Part shown: one piece after another, positions 9,389 to 22,150 of the stretch
How the letters are laid out: every line of letters starts with the position of its first letter
How positions within the stretch are numbered: the stretch's first letter is position 1
Assembly (NCBI GenBank): GCA_963790205.1
Contig: CAWBNQ010000001.1
Location: forward strand, 768,001-832,000
Direction of reading: 5' to 3'
Length of the DNA stretch: 64,000 nt
From: Nitrospirota bacterium
GTDB taxonomy: Bacteria; Nitrospirota; UBA9217
Notes under the pieces: generated by a model
The model's database searches: none
Told to the model about the DNA's origin: nothing
The model's input: the letters and a program-made list of their open reading frames with translations, nothing else
Position numbers and translations under genes: made by a program

Positions 9389-10102
9389 TTGGATTTAAGC
9401 GCATTAGGAACGGCCAGCTTCGACTGGACATTCATATCGGGTATATTCAGCATCGTCATCATCGACCTCATTCTGGCAGGCGACAACGCCGTGGTGATCG
9501 CCATGGCCGTGCGGTCGCTTCCGAAAGTACAACGGAGAAAAGGGATCGTCTTCGGCTCTGCAGCGGCCGTGCTGCTGCGCATCATTCTCACCTTCTTTGT
9601 CGCGCATATATTGAACATGAGCTACGTCAAGCTTGCAGGCGGCCTCGTTATCATCTGGATCGCGGTCAAGCTCTTTGTCGAAGATGAGGAAGCGCTGGAG
9701 GCGCATAAAGAAGCCGCAACGCTCTGGCACGCGATCAGGTTGATCGTCATCGCGGACATCACGATGGCCCTCGACAACATGCTGGCCGTGGGAGCGGCGT
9801 CGCACGGCAACCTGTTCCTGCTCGTTTTCGGACTGGGCTTGAGCATTCCCTTCATCGTGTTCACGAGCAGTCTCTTGTCCCTGCTCATGGACAAATTCCC
9901 CGTCATCATCTACGTCGGCGCGGCGCTCTTGGGCAAGATCGGCGGCGAAATGATCATCACCGATCCTGTGGTCAGCCGCTTCATGACGCTGACGAAGCCG
10001 GTTATGTATTCGGTCGAGGTCCTTTTTGCCGCCGGTGTTATCCTTGTCGGGAGGTACTGGATGAAGCGGGATCTGGCGAGACAGGCGCAGGTTAAACCAT
10101 GA
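9389..10102 (+). CDS. TerC family (YjbE-like) metal transport membrane protein
   Basis: DLILAGDNAVVIA and ADITMALDNMLAV motifs; TTG start uncertain. Confidence 0.9.
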   Translation: MDLSALGTASFDWTFISGIFSIVIIDLILAGDNAVVIAMAVRSLPKVQRRKGIVFGSAAAVLLRIILTFFVAHILNMSYVKLAGGLVIIWIAVKLFVEDEEALEAHKEAATLWHAIRLIVIADITMALDNMLAVGAASHGNLFLLVFGLGLSIPFIVFTSSLLSLLMDKFPVIIYVGAALLGKIGGEMIITDPVVSRFMTLTKPVMYSVEVLFAAGVILVGRYWMKRDLARQAQVKP

Positions 10103-10127
10103 TGGTCTCGTGGAGAATCCCCGGCGC

Positions 10128-10158
10128 TGTCATTGCGAGGAGCGGAGCGACGCGGCAT
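10128..10158 (+). repeat. REP-like element (TGTCATTGCGAGGAGC…GCGACG…GCA)
   Basis: Resembles the widespread GTCATTGCGAG-type extragenic repeat; partial copy. Confidence 0.45.
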
Positions 10159-10298
10159 AATTTTTTGTCGGTCGTTACCCATGTCAAAATCTTCGTGCGC
10201 TTTGTCGTGTAAGGAATTTTGGTTCCGGCCCTCCCGGTTTGTCCGGGTCATGATAATTCGGTTACAGACGCGGCAACAGAACCATCCCGGAGGATTCC

Positions 10299-13201
10299 TT
10301 GAAAAAATTTTTCTTCGTCTGTCTTATCCTTCTCGGTACGGCCTCACTTGCCTTTGCCAAGTTCGACCCCGCCTTCACGTGGACCACGCTCGAGACGCCG
10401 CATTTTTACATTCATTATCACCAGGGCGGTGAAGCGATCGCGCGGCACGCGGCGCAGGTCGCGGAGGACGTACATGCGCGGCTGGTCCCGCGGATAAAAT
10501 GGGAGCCGAAAGCAGAAGACGCACATCGTGCTCGTGGACGCCATGGACGAGGCGAACGGCATGACCGGGGTAATGCCCTATAACCAGATGATCCTGCTGC
10601 TCACCCAGCCCGTGGGCGAGCCCGGCTTCGGGACTACCGCCTATGAGGACTGGATGCGGCTTCTGATCACGCACGAGTATACCCACGTTCTGCAGCTCGA
10701 CATGATCAACGGCGGCCTGGGCGGCGTGATGCAGACGCTGTTCGGGCGGTTCTACTTTCCGAACGAATGGCAGCCGATCTGGCTGATCGAGGGGCTTGCC
10801 GTCTATGAAGAGACGGAGCAGACCTCGGGCGGACGCGGCCGTTCTGCGGGCGCGGACATGGTGCTTCGCATGGCCACGCTCGAAGGCCCCTTCCCGCCGA
10901 TCAGCCAGATGACGGTCTTTCCGGACACCTGGCCTTCCGGCGACGTTCCCTACCTCTTCGGCGAGTCCTTCATCCGCTTCATTGCCGACACGTACGGCCG
11001 CGACAAGCTCGCCGACCTCAGCATCATCTACAGCGGCAGGGCCGCTCCCTTCCTGATCGATTCCACGGCGAAACGCGCGCTCGGCAAAGACTACGGCGAC
11101 CTCCGGGAGGAATGGATGGCCTCGCTCCAGGACAAATACGAAAAACAACGCGACGAGGTCACGGCCAAAGGTCTGACCGCATCGACGATGCTCACCCATA
11201 AGGGTTACGATACGCTCTCCCCGGTCTACTCTCCGGACGGCGGCAGGATCGCTTATCTTGAAGCGAACGGGGACGAGTTCCCCGGCATCTACGTGATGAA
11301 CGCCGACGGCACGGGCGACCGCAAGCTCACGGAAAACGCGTTCCCCCTGAGCGCGTCGGGCATGACGCTCGCGTGGTCCGCGGACGGCGATCGGCTCTAT
11401 TATACAAAAGCTGAAATCGAGCGGAACACGGATTATTACGACGACCTCTATTATTATGATATGAAAAAGGACAAGGAGGTCCGGGTGACGAAGATGCTTC
11501 GCGCGCGCGATCCCGGTCCTTCTCCGGACGGGAAGAAGCTCATCTTCGTCACGAACCGGATGGGCATGACCAGGCTGGCGCTCCTCGACATTTCATCGGA
11601 GCGAAAGCGCCCGGCCGGCGCCGGTGACGTTGCCTTCCTTACGGAAGAGAGCATGGTCCAGTACGAGGCCCCGCGCTGGAGCCCCGACGGCTCGAAGATC
11701 GCGGTGAGTCTCTGGCAGCCGGGGGGGTACAAGGACATATGGATCCTCGACACAGGGGGAAAGAAGCTTGAGGAGGTGACGCATGACCGGGCCATTGACG
11801 GCGCGCCTGCCTGGAGCCCGGATGGGAAATATATTTATTTTTCATCGGACCGCACGGGAATCTACAACCTCTTTGCCTATGAGCTCGGGACGAAGAAACT
11901 TTTCCAGATAACGAACGTGCTCGGCGGCGCATTCTCCCCGAACCCCTCGCCGGACGGAAAAACGCTCGCCTTTCACGTCTTACAGCGCGAAGGGATACGA
12001 CGTTCATACGCTGACCATGGACCGGGCAGCGTGGAAGCCCGCTGAGCCGTACAAAGACCCCTATCCGGCCGTGCAGTATGAAGAACGGAAATTCGACACA
12101 AAAACGATGCCCTACAGCCCCCTTCCGACCCTGGCCCCGCGTTTCTGGCTTCCCTGGTTCGGTTACAGCCATGAGAGCGGAGTGCTCGGCGGGTTTCTCA
12201 CCCTGGGCGAGGACGTTGTGCAGCGCCATCAATACATCGTGACCGGCCTCTACGGACCGAAGACCAACCGCCTATGGTATTCCTTCGATTATCTGTATGA
12301 CGGCCTTCCGCCGACAATTCATGTCCAAGCCTCGGACACGGATGTTACCTACAGCGACCTGCTTCAGGACCCTCTCGGGATACAAGATTATGTCGAACGC
12401 CAGAAGACCTACGGTCTGGAGCTTATCGCGCCCCTCATCAAAAACCAGACTCAGCACATGGTCACGATCGGATATCAGTGGAAAGAGATCTCAGCGCTCA
12501 CGAATATGCCTCCCTGGCCCGGTTACAGCGGCCCGGTTCCCGCTGAGGGCGTTCTGGCATCCGGCAAGCTCAGCTATCGTTATAACAGCGCGCGGGGATA
12601 TAATTTCTCGATCAGCCCGGAGCAGGGCCGGACCATCGAGCTCGGCTACGAGCGGCTCGATAAGTCTTTGGGCAGCGACTTCGAGCTGAATAAATACACC
12701 ATGGACTGGCATGAGTACATCAATTTCCCCTGGCCTCATCACGTGCTCCTGGCACGGGCCTTCGGCGGGACCTCGACCGGGCAGAAGCTTCCGCAGCGCG
12801 CGTTCTCGCTGGGCGGCGACAACCCGGGGGACATTACCCTCTCGATCGACGACCAGGATGTTTTTCTCCGTGGCTATCCCGCGAACGAGTTCCGGGGACA
12901 GAACGCGGCGCTGGCGGGTTTGGAGTACCGGTTCCCGATCGTGGACATCGAGCGCGGCGGCGGCCAGACGCCGATCTTCCTCAGGAGGGTCCACGGCGCC
13001 GTCTTCGGAGAGGCGGGCAATGCCTGGGACGGGACGTTCCACGGCTCGGATCTGAAGCGCGCCGTGGGCGCTGAAGCCCGCATGGACCTGTACCTTGCGT
13101 ACCGGCTTCCGATCACGCTCCGCCTGGGCGTTGCCAGGGGACTGGATGAAAAAAAGGAGACGATGATCATCATCGGGCTCTGGGCGCCGGTGCTGTTCTG
13201 A
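10299..13201 (+). CDS. Peptidase-MA-like (HExxH) + PD40/TolB-like beta-propeller + Omp85/BamA-TamA-type barrel protein; two +1 frameshifts (~10509-10511, ~11971-11973)
   Basis: Signal peptide, HEYTH…WLIEGLA, repeated WSPDG, C-terminal FLRGY…EYRFP barrel motif ending in F. Deleting one base in AAA and one in TTT joins the three ORFs. Confidence 0.8.
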
Positions 13202-13334
13202 CGGGCCGGGCAGGCGCGGCAATGATAAACATATTTAATATGCTCACTACCGTTGAATGCTTTTTGTGCTATCCTTTTTTATCATTCAAAGTCATCACTC
13301 CTATCCTGTCACCCGGCCTCAAATGAGGTAATGT

Positions 13335-14222
13335 ATGATACTCGTGATCGGCGGCACGGGCTTTGTAGGCAGCCATCTGGTCCGGCGCATGCGCCGGGAG
13401 GGGCTCCCTCTGCGGGTACTGGTCAGAAACCCCGATAAGGCGCAGGCGCTCGCGGACCTGGGCGTTGAAGCTGTTCCGGGGGACCTTTCGGACAAGGCGT
13501 CTCTTGAGAAGGCAGTAGCGGGCGCTGAGCGCGTAATTCATCTCGTGGGCATCATCCAGGAAGCGCACGGTGTTACCTTCAAGGGCGTACACGTGGAAGG
13601 AACGCGAACCATCGTCGAGGCGGCCAGGAAGGCCGGGGTACGCCACTTTTTTTACCAGAGCGCGCTCGGCGCCAGGCCTGGAGCAAAGAGCGAGTACCAC
13701 AAGACCAAGTGGCATGCCGAGGAACTCGTGCGCGCGAGCGGCATTCCCTACACGATCCTGCGTCCGTCGCTCATCTACGGCCCGGGAGATCAGTTCACGC
13801 TCAGGCTCGCGGAGATCATCAGGCAAGCGCCCGTGCTTCCGATCATCGGCTCGGGCAAGTCCAGGATCCAGCCCATTGCTATCGATGACGTGGTCTCCTG
13901 CATCGTGAAGGCCGTGAGCAGTGACGCCTTTTTGAACGAGAGCTATGAGATAGGCGGACCGGAGCAACTCACCTACGAAGAGGTGACGCGCGCCATCGCC
14001 GAGGCCATGGGGATCAGGCGGCCGGCGGTCCATGTACCGATGCTTTTCATGAGGTCCATGGCCCGGGTGCTTGAGGCCGTGCTCCCGAAACCTCCCGTGA
14101 CCTCGGACCAGCTCATCATGCTCAATGAGGACAACGTTTGCAGCATGCGCGACCTCCGAGAGGTTTTCGGGATCGAACCGACCAAGTTTCAGGAAGGGCT
14201 CAAAAAGTTCGTCCGATATTAA
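13335..14222 (+). CDS. NAD(P)-binding atypical SDR (complex I NDUFA9-like)
   Basis: GGTGFVG, YHKTK and RPSLIYG motifs. Confidence 0.9.
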   Translation: MILVIGGTGFVGSHLVRRMRREGLPLRVLVRNPDKAQALADLGVEAVPGDLSDKASLEKAVAGAERVIHLVGIIQEAHGVTFKGVHVEGTRTIVEAARKAGVRHFFYQSALGARPGAKSEYHKTKWHAEELVRASGIPYTILRPSLIYGPGDQFTLRLAEIIRQAPVLPIIGSGKSRIQPIAIDDVVSCIVKAVSSDAFLNESYEIGGPEQLTYEEVTRAIAEAMGIRRPAVHVPMLFMRSMARVLEAVLPKPPVTSDQLIMLNEDNVCSMRDLREVFGIEPTKFQEGLKKFVRY

Positions 14223-14929
14223 TTAGACAGGTCAGCTCCCCTGCCATCGTAGATTTAACCCGCCAACGCGTCATAATTTTTTATAAAAAAACGCCTATTT
14301 TAATTAACTAATTGATAATCCGGCAAATTATAACCACAAAAAAGTGATTAAGTAAACTTTTTTATTTACTTTTAACAAAAAAATACGGTAAAATGTAAAC
14401 TGACGTAATAAAAAAGTTATATGACAATAATTTTTACTACTACTAACGGTTTGGAAAAACGAAAAAAGAGCAGGAGGACTACTCTAATGCATTCTGAAAA
14501 ACTTTGTGTGCGCGGAGGCAACAGACAAGAGAGACTTTTTGGCGGACCTATCCGGTTTTCTTTTTTATCGGCCTTGATCTTTCTGATGGCCCTGCTTGTA
14601 TTGTCAGGAGCTTTTGTCCGGAGCGCCGAGGCGGCGAGAACGGTAACAGGGATTACGGTCAACGCTCAGTCCGGCTCGACCACCTATGGCACCGGCACCG
14701 CGGTTACATTTCCACTCTCCATTACCAATAGCGGTGGAGGTACTACAATAGTAACCCTGACAGTTTCCGGCTTACCGGCAGGAGCGACTTTCTCTCCCGC
14801 TACAGTAACCTTGAACGCTAACCCAAAGGCGGCAACTTTGACCATTACGCCGAGCACTACATCGCCTGCCGGCGCATTTGCTATCTCTGTGGGTACTACA
14901 CAGAACGGCGTGACCGGTGGGAATACGTT

Positions 14930-16930
14930 GACTATCAGGAAGCGAACGATCACGGTGACGGCGGCGACGAACACTAAGACTTATGACGGCACGACGACGG
15001 CCGCGGCAGTGCCGACGATTACGTCGGGCAGCTTGGCAGGGACCGACACGGCAAACTTCACAGAGACCTACGCCGGCAAGAACGTTGGGTCAGGCTTGAC
15101 CTTGGCCCCTGCGGGCACGGTTAGCGATGGGAACGGCGGTAACAACTACGCTGTGACCTTTGTCAACAATACCACGGGTGTCATCAACGCCAAGGCACTC
15201 ACGGTCGGCGCGACAGGCGTGAATAAAGGGTATGACGGGACCACGAGCGCGACAGTCACCCTGAGCGACGACAAAGTCGCGGGCGACACGGTCCTTGACA
15301 GCTATACGAGTGCGGCCTTTGCAGACAAGAATGTGGGCATTGGCAAGGCGGTCAATGTTACCGGTATATCGATCAGCGGCGCCGACTCCGGCAACTACAC
15401 AGCCAACACAACAGCCTCGACGACGGCAAACATCACGGCCCGCGCGATTACGGTGACGGCGGCCACGAACACCAAGATCTATGACGGCACGACAGTTGCT
15501 GCCGCGATGCCGACGATAACAAGCGGTACGCTGGTGGGGACCGACGCAGCAAACTTTACGGAAAGCTACGCCGGCAAGAACGCGGGCGCAGGCCTGACCC
15601 TGATCCCATCCGGGTCGGTGACAGACGGCAATGGCGGAAATAACTATGCGGTGACATTTGCGAATAACACAACGGGCGTGATCACAGCCCGTGCGATCAC
15701 GGTAACGGCTGCGACCGATACCAAGACCTATGACGGAACGACAGCTGCCGCGGCAATACCCACGATCACTTCCGGGACGCTTCAGGGGGCCGATACGGCG
15801 AACTTCGTCGAGACTTTTGCCGGTAAGAACGTTGGCGCAGGCCTGACGCTCACTCCCAGCGGCTCGGTGACTGACGGTAATAGCGGCAACAACTATGCCG
15901 TGACCTTTGTCAACAATACGACCGGCGTCATCAACGCGCGCGCGATCACGGTGACGGCCGCGACCGATACCAAGACCTATGACGGAACGACGGCTGCCGC
16001 GGCGATACCCACGATCACTTCCGGGGCGCTTCAGGGGGCCGATACGGCAAACTTCACCGAGACCTTTTCCGGCAAGAACGTTGGTGCAGGTCTGACCCTG
16101 ACACCCGCAGGCACGGTGAGTGACGGCAACGGCGGCAACAACTACGCCGTGACCTTTGCCAACAACACAACGGGCGTGATTACGACCCGTGCGATTACGG
16201 TGACGGCGGCAACGAACACGAAGGCGTACGATGCAACGACGAGTGCATCCGCGACGCCGACAATAACAAGCGGTACGCTGGTGGGGACCGACGCAGCAAA
16301 CTTTACGGAAAGCTACGCCGGCAAGAACGCGGGCGCAGGCCTGACCCTGATCCCATCCGGGTCGGTGACAGACGGCAATGGCGGAAATAACTATGCGGTG
16401 ACATTCGCGAACAACACAACGGGCGTGATCACAGCCCGTGCGATCACGGTAACGGCCGCGACCGATACTAAGATCTATGACGGCACGACGAGTTCCTCCG
16501 GTGTGCCGGCGATCTCTCCGGCCCTGGTTGGCGGGGACGCTTCGGGTTTCATCCAGACGTTCGACACGAAGAATGCCGGCGCAGGAAAAACCTTGACGCC
16601 TTCCGGGACGGTGGCTGACGGCAACGGCGGCAACAATTACACCGTGACCTTTGTAAATGATACGACGGGCGTCATCAACGCGCGTGCGCTCACGGTGACG
16701 GCCGTGTCCGATACCAAGGCCTACGACGGCACGACGAGTTCATCCGGCGCGCCGACGATCACGAGCGGCGCGTTGGCCGCGGGTGACAGCGCAAACTTCA
16801 CGCAGACCTTCGATACGCAGAACGCCGGAACGGGCAAGACCCTGACGCCAGCAGGCTCGGTGACTGACGGAAACAGCGGGAACAATTACAGCGTGACCCT
16901 CGTCGCCGTCACTACCGGTACGATCACTCA
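14930..16930 (+). repeat. Intragenic ~249-bp (83-aa) tandem repeats
   Basis: Repeated RAITVTAATDTKTYDG…DGNGGNNYAVTF units; near-identical DNA starting at 15516 and 16263 (747 bp apart). Confidence 0.9.
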
Positions 16931-19900
16931 GGCCGGTCAGACAATCACGGTGACCACGCACGCGCCTGCGCAAGCGCAGTATAACAAGAGCTTCACCGTG
17001 GCCGCGACCGGAGGGTCCTCGAGTCAATCGGTTGCGATAGCGGGTTCGGGCGCCTGCACGGGTAGCGGCAACGATTCGACAACCATATTAATGACAAGCA
17101 GCACAGGCACCTGCACGGTGACCTATACCCAGGCAGGCAACACCAACTACGCAGCGGCCACGCAGGTGATCGAGACGACCGCGGCGCAGGCGGCCCTGGC
17201 CGTATCGACCCTGGCGGACGGATCCGTTGCGAATAATGCAACGCTCAATATCGTCGGCTCTGCGCTCGTGTCCGGCGGCAGCGTGACCGTGACCGTAAAT
17301 GCCGCACCCGTAACAATCAATGCGGACGGCACCTTCAGCTCGGTCATGACCCTGACAACGGGCACGAACGCAATCACTATCGTAGCCACGAACGCTGACG
17401 GGACCCCGACGACAGACACCCGGACGATCACGTATGACAATACGTCGCCGGTTCTGGCTATCACCACGCCGTCGGACAACAGCATTATTAACAGCCTCGT
17501 TTCGAGCATTACCATTACCGGGACTGTCGCTGCGGGGAACACCGTGACCGTGTCGCTGAACGGCGGTGCGCCGCAATTCGCGATCATGTCCGGAGGCGAC
17601 TACGCGGCGACGATAAACAGAACGGACCTCGCACCCGGCCTCAACACTATTCTGGTGACCGTGGACGATGGGGCAGGACACACCACATCGATGAAACGGA
17701 CGGTCGTCTACTCCGCCTCGGCTCCGGCCCTGGCGGTCACGTCTCCGGATCAGGACATCGTGAGCAGCGGGACGTCCACGGTGATGATCAGTGGTCTCGT
17801 ATCGGATCCGTCCTATACCGTCCAGGTCACGCTTACCGGTGATGGCACGACCACGACCTATGCGCCGGCCGTTAATGGCGACGGGACCTACTCGCAGCTC
17901 GTGACCTTCGGGACCACGACGATGAATCTCACCTATACGGTGACGGTGACTGCGGACGACGGAGCAGGCCATACCTCGACGATCCAGCGAAACATTGTTT
18001 ATAAGGGGACCCCGATAGCGGCCCAGACGATCACGTTCAACGCGTTGCCGGCCCATACGTATGGGGACGCTGACTTTGATCCGGCCGCAACGGCGAGCTC
18101 GGGTCTTGCAGTAACATATGCAAGCTCAAACACCTCAGTCGCAACGATTGTGAGCAACAAGGTGCATATCCTCAGCGCGGGAACGACCACCATCACGGCA
18201 TCCCAGTCAGGCGACATCAACTACAGTCCTGCGTCCGACGTTCAACAGCCGCTGATGGTGAACAACGCGATGCCGAGCGTTACGAGTTGGCCGACGGCCG
18301 GCGGGATCACGTACGGGCAGGCGCTTTCAGCCTCAACGCTCACGAACGGTTCTGCGACCGTCCCGGGCACGTTTGTCTTTACCACGCCGTCCACGACCCC
18401 GCCTGCGGGCACGTACAGCGCGTCCGTGATCTTCACCCCCATTGATATGACGAACTACAATACCGTGACCGGCAGCGTAACTATTGACGTTGCCAAAGCG
18501 ACGCCGAGCGTTACGAGTTGGCCGGCGGCCGGCGGGATCACGTACGGGCAGGCGCTCTCGGCCTCAACGCTCACGGGCGGTTCTGCATCCATTCCGGGCA
18601 CGTTTGCCTTTACCACTCCGTCCACGACCCCGCCTGCGGGCACGTACAGCGCGTCCGTGACCTTTATCCCCACGGATACGACGAACTACAACACCGTGCC
18701 CACCAGCGTAAATGTCACCGTCACCGATACCGCTGCGTTGCCGGACATGGTCGTCTCGACCCTGCCCGACGGCAGCCATACGAGCGACGCCACCCTGAAT
18801 GTGACCGGCATGGTTGACGATGTAAGCAACGTTCAGGGTGTCCTGGTCGGCTCCGACCCGGTTACGATCAATGCCGACGGCAGCTTCAGTGTCGCCGTCC
18901 CGCTCATACCCGGCGACAACCTTGTTCAGATCACGATCATTGACAAGGAAGGAAAACAGACCACGGTGAGCCGCACGATCATTCTTGACCCGAATGCCCC
19001 GGTACTGGCCGTAACGAGCCCGGTTGACGGCCTCCTCACCGCGCAGAACAACGTCACTATCGCCGGGAGCGCCGATCCGACCTCCTCGGTGACGGTCAAA
19101 GTCAATGAAGATGCTCCGTTCACGCCCAACGGCACAAGCGATAACTTCAGCGACACGGTGATCCTCAACTCCGGCATCAACACCATCTTGATTCTCGCGA
19201 CCAATCCGACGGGATCCACGCAGACGGCCAAGCGAACGGTGTTCTATGACTTCCGCAAGCCGGGCCTCGCCGTCGCCAGCCCGGACAAGGACATGACCAT
19301 CACTGACGGACAGATGACGATATCGGGGCTGGTCAGCGATGCCCTGACCACGGTCACGGTCACCATATCAGCAGCAGGGGTCGATTACACACCCACGGTC
19401 AACGTTGACGGCAGTTTCACCCAGGCCTTGACCTTCACGGACGAGGGCGTCTATCCGGTCGTTGTGACCGCGACGGACCTCTACGGCAACAGCGCGAGTA
19501 TGCAGCGAAACATCCGGTTCCTGCGCGGGAGCATCGTCATCAACAAAGGGGCGGCCTTCACCACGAGCACTGCGGTCACCCTCGATCTCGGCTACGTATC
19601 GGCCCCGACCTTCACCATGAGCACGATGCAGCTCCTCTACAAGAACACGGCCTGGACCGCTCCGATGGCCTTTGCCGCCAAGAAGGCCATCATCCTTCCG
19701 GCGGGCGACGGGGTGAAGACGGTCTTTGTCCGCTTCATCGACAAGGGCGGGGCCGTGTCTGCCTTCTACGCCGACACCATCATCCTGGACACCAAAGTGC
19801 CTTTGGGGTCCATCGCCATCAACAACGGCGACGCTGTCACCACGTCGCCGAGCGTCACCCTGAACCTTGCGGTCACGGACGCCAACGGCGTGGTCAAGAT

Positions 19901-20549
19901 GCAGTTCAGCGACAACGGCACGACCTGGACGCCTCTGGAGCCCTTTGCGCTAACGAGGGCCTACACCCTGCCGGGAACCTACGGTGTGAAGAAGGTTTAC
20001 GCCCGGTTCATCGACAGCGCAGGCAAGGTCTCGGCCGTGGTGAGCGACACGATCACCTATGCAGCCAGCACTGTACCCGTTACTGCCGCGGACGTGACGA
20101 TCAAGAACGGTGCTGCGTACACGACCTCGACCAGTGTTCCGGTCGCCATCACGAGCCCGGGAGCCGGGTACACCATGATGCGGGTCAGTACGAACGGTGC
20201 CGCCTGGGCACTCTGGGGGGCCGTGAAGGCTAACACAACCGTAACGCTTCCTTCCGGCGACGGGGTAAAGACCGTGTATGTCCAGTTCAAGACGGCAGCA
20301 GGCGCCACATCCGCGGTCTACAGCGACAGCATCATCCTCGACACCGCTTCGCCAAAGGGATCGATCCAGATCAACAGCGGAATCTACAGCACCAACACTC
20401 GGACCGTCACCCTGACGTTGACCGCCTCGGACCTGAACGGCGTAAAGTCAATGCAGTTCAGCCTGAACAACACCGTTTGGACTACATGGGAGCCCTTTAC
20501 CGGGACCAAGCAGATCACCCTGCCCCCGGGCGACGGGGTCAAAACAGTA

Positions 20550-22150
20550 CGGGCTGTTGCCCAAAGGACTTCCCGCGAACGATCAAGCGCCTTGATGCGT
20601 AAAGAGGTCTAAGCTAATGACGGGCAATATCGGTTCTGTCTCAAGGGAATATGCAAAATGAGCGATCCGAAAGCCTTTGCCACTGTTCTTTGAACAACGA
20701 GCAGCCGTACCGCAGCTGCTTTCTTCGGCTTGGAAGCATGCGCTATTAGCACTTGCATGTTCTGGATGGCACAGGTCATATATTCCTGGACCCGCATTCG
20801 CCAAAGGCCTCGCCAGCGTGCTTGATCGAAGCCGTATCGGGTGCCCCTGGCAAAGGATCGCTCCATCAGGTGTTGTCTGGTTTTGATGTCGTACCGTGCA
20901 TTGGCTGATCGACTGATTGCACGCATGCGCTCCAGAACATTCTGCCGGAGATGACGCTTGATCGTTCGGCCGGACTTGTTTTTCGTGCATTGCTCTCTAA
21001 GCTGGCACGCTGCGCAGACTTTCCTGGGCGCTGCGTAATCCCGGCTTTGTCTGGCTATATGCAGCGACTTCGGCTTGAGCTGAGTTCCTGCCGGGCACAT
21101 ATAGGAGTCGGTGGCAGGATCATAGGAAAATCTATCTTCCATAAAGATGTCGGTTTTCGCTATGCGATTGATCGCCACGTCTCGTAAATCCGGGATATGC
21201 GCCTTTATGCCCTTGTCATGGCAGGCAAGGAAGTTGTCGATCGTTCCGTACTTACTGTCCGCAACAACCGTTTCGGCCTCGACTTCCGTTGTTGCGTGGT
21301 GTTGCTCAAGCAGCGAAAGCATCAGATGGGCTTCGTTCACATCGCCGGGCGCTACGTCGGTTGCAGTGATGATTTCTTTTTTACCGTCAACGGCCCGATG
21401 CACTTGGTAGGAAAGTTTGGATTTCCCCCGGTTCACCAGGGCCGCGTCCGGGTCGGTGGTGGAGATATAGCGGTTGTTCTTTTTTTCGTAGGTCCTGGAA
21501 GGATCAGTGCTTTCGGTGCGTTCTTCCAAGCGGGCTTCCAGCTTTTTATAATTTTTGTGCAACTGATGTTTCAGGTTCCGGGTATCGAGAACCGAACTGT
21601 TGGAGGCATTTGCATCCACCAGACTGGAGTCGACGAAGATCTTGCGGCCGTCAATAAGACCGGCTTCCGCGCACTGCAGAACAATACGTTCGAAGAACCT
21701 TTGAAAAACATCGAGGCCCCATTTTTTGCGGGCCTTGGATAGCACGCTATGGTTGGGAATTTCAGAATCAAGGTCATACCCGAGAAACCAGAGCCAATCC
21801 ATACGCTCTGGCAGGGTGTCCATCAGCTCCCGCTCCGAGCGGACATTATAAAAGATCAGGAGTAGCATCAGTTTCAGGATAATTGGTGGTGGCACTGAAA
21901 CGTTGCCGTTGTTGCCGTACAAGTCCTTGACTTCGTCATAGGCGAAGTTGAAATCGATCAGCGTATTGACTTTTCTCAAAGGATGGTTCTCACGAACCCG
22001 TTTTTCTATATTGATGCCGATATAGAACAAGCTGCTTTGAGGCGGTTGCTGCAATCCCATCATGGCTATTGGCTCCTGATGTCGTGATTGACGTCGCAGC
22101 AATATAGCATTACTGAGTGGCTTTCTCAATATCATTTGGGCAACAGCCCG
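20550..22150 (-). mobile_element. IS1182-family insertion sequence (1601 bp)
   Basis: Perfect 16-bp terminal IRs CGGGCTGTTGCCCAAA (20550-20565 / 22135-22150); 4-bp TSD AGTA (20546-20549 / 22151-22154). Confidence 0.92.
20609..22063 (-). CDS. IS1182-family DDE transposase
   Basis: HPLRK…SERELM…WFLGY…PNHS (DUF772-like), VDSS, STTDPDA, ADSKYG, CPAG…C..C motifs; AGGAG SD. Confidence 0.9.
   Translation of the reverse strand: MMGLQQPPQSSLFYIGINIEKRVRENHPLRKVNTLIDFNFAYDEVKDLYGNNGNVSVPPPIILKLMLLLIFYNVRSERELMDTLPERMDWLWFLGYDLDSEIPNHSVLSKARKKWGLDVFQRFFERIVLQCAEAGLIDGRKIFVDSSLVDANASNSSVLDTRNLKHQLHKNYKKLEARLEERTESTDPSRTYEKKNNRYISTTDPDAALVNRGKSKLSYQVHRAVDGKKEIITATDVAPGDVNEAHLMLSLLEQHHATTEVEAETVVADSKYGTIDNFLACHDKGIKAHIPDLRDVAINRIAKTDIFMEDRFSYDPATDSYMCPAGTQLKPKSLHIARQSRDYAAPRKVCAACQLREQCTKNKSGRTIKRHLRQNVLERMRAISRSANARYDIKTRQHLMERSFARGTRYGFDQARWRGLWRMRVQEYMTCAIQNMQVLIAHASKPKKAAAVRLLVVQRTVAKAFGSLILHIPLRQNRYCPSLA

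Noticed and set aside
14930..16930. Possible CRISPR array or DGR template/variable repeat pair
   Set aside because: Repeats are in-frame 249-bp protein-domain repeats with no spacers. Differences are not adenine-specific and there is no reverse transcriptase or cas gene in the window.
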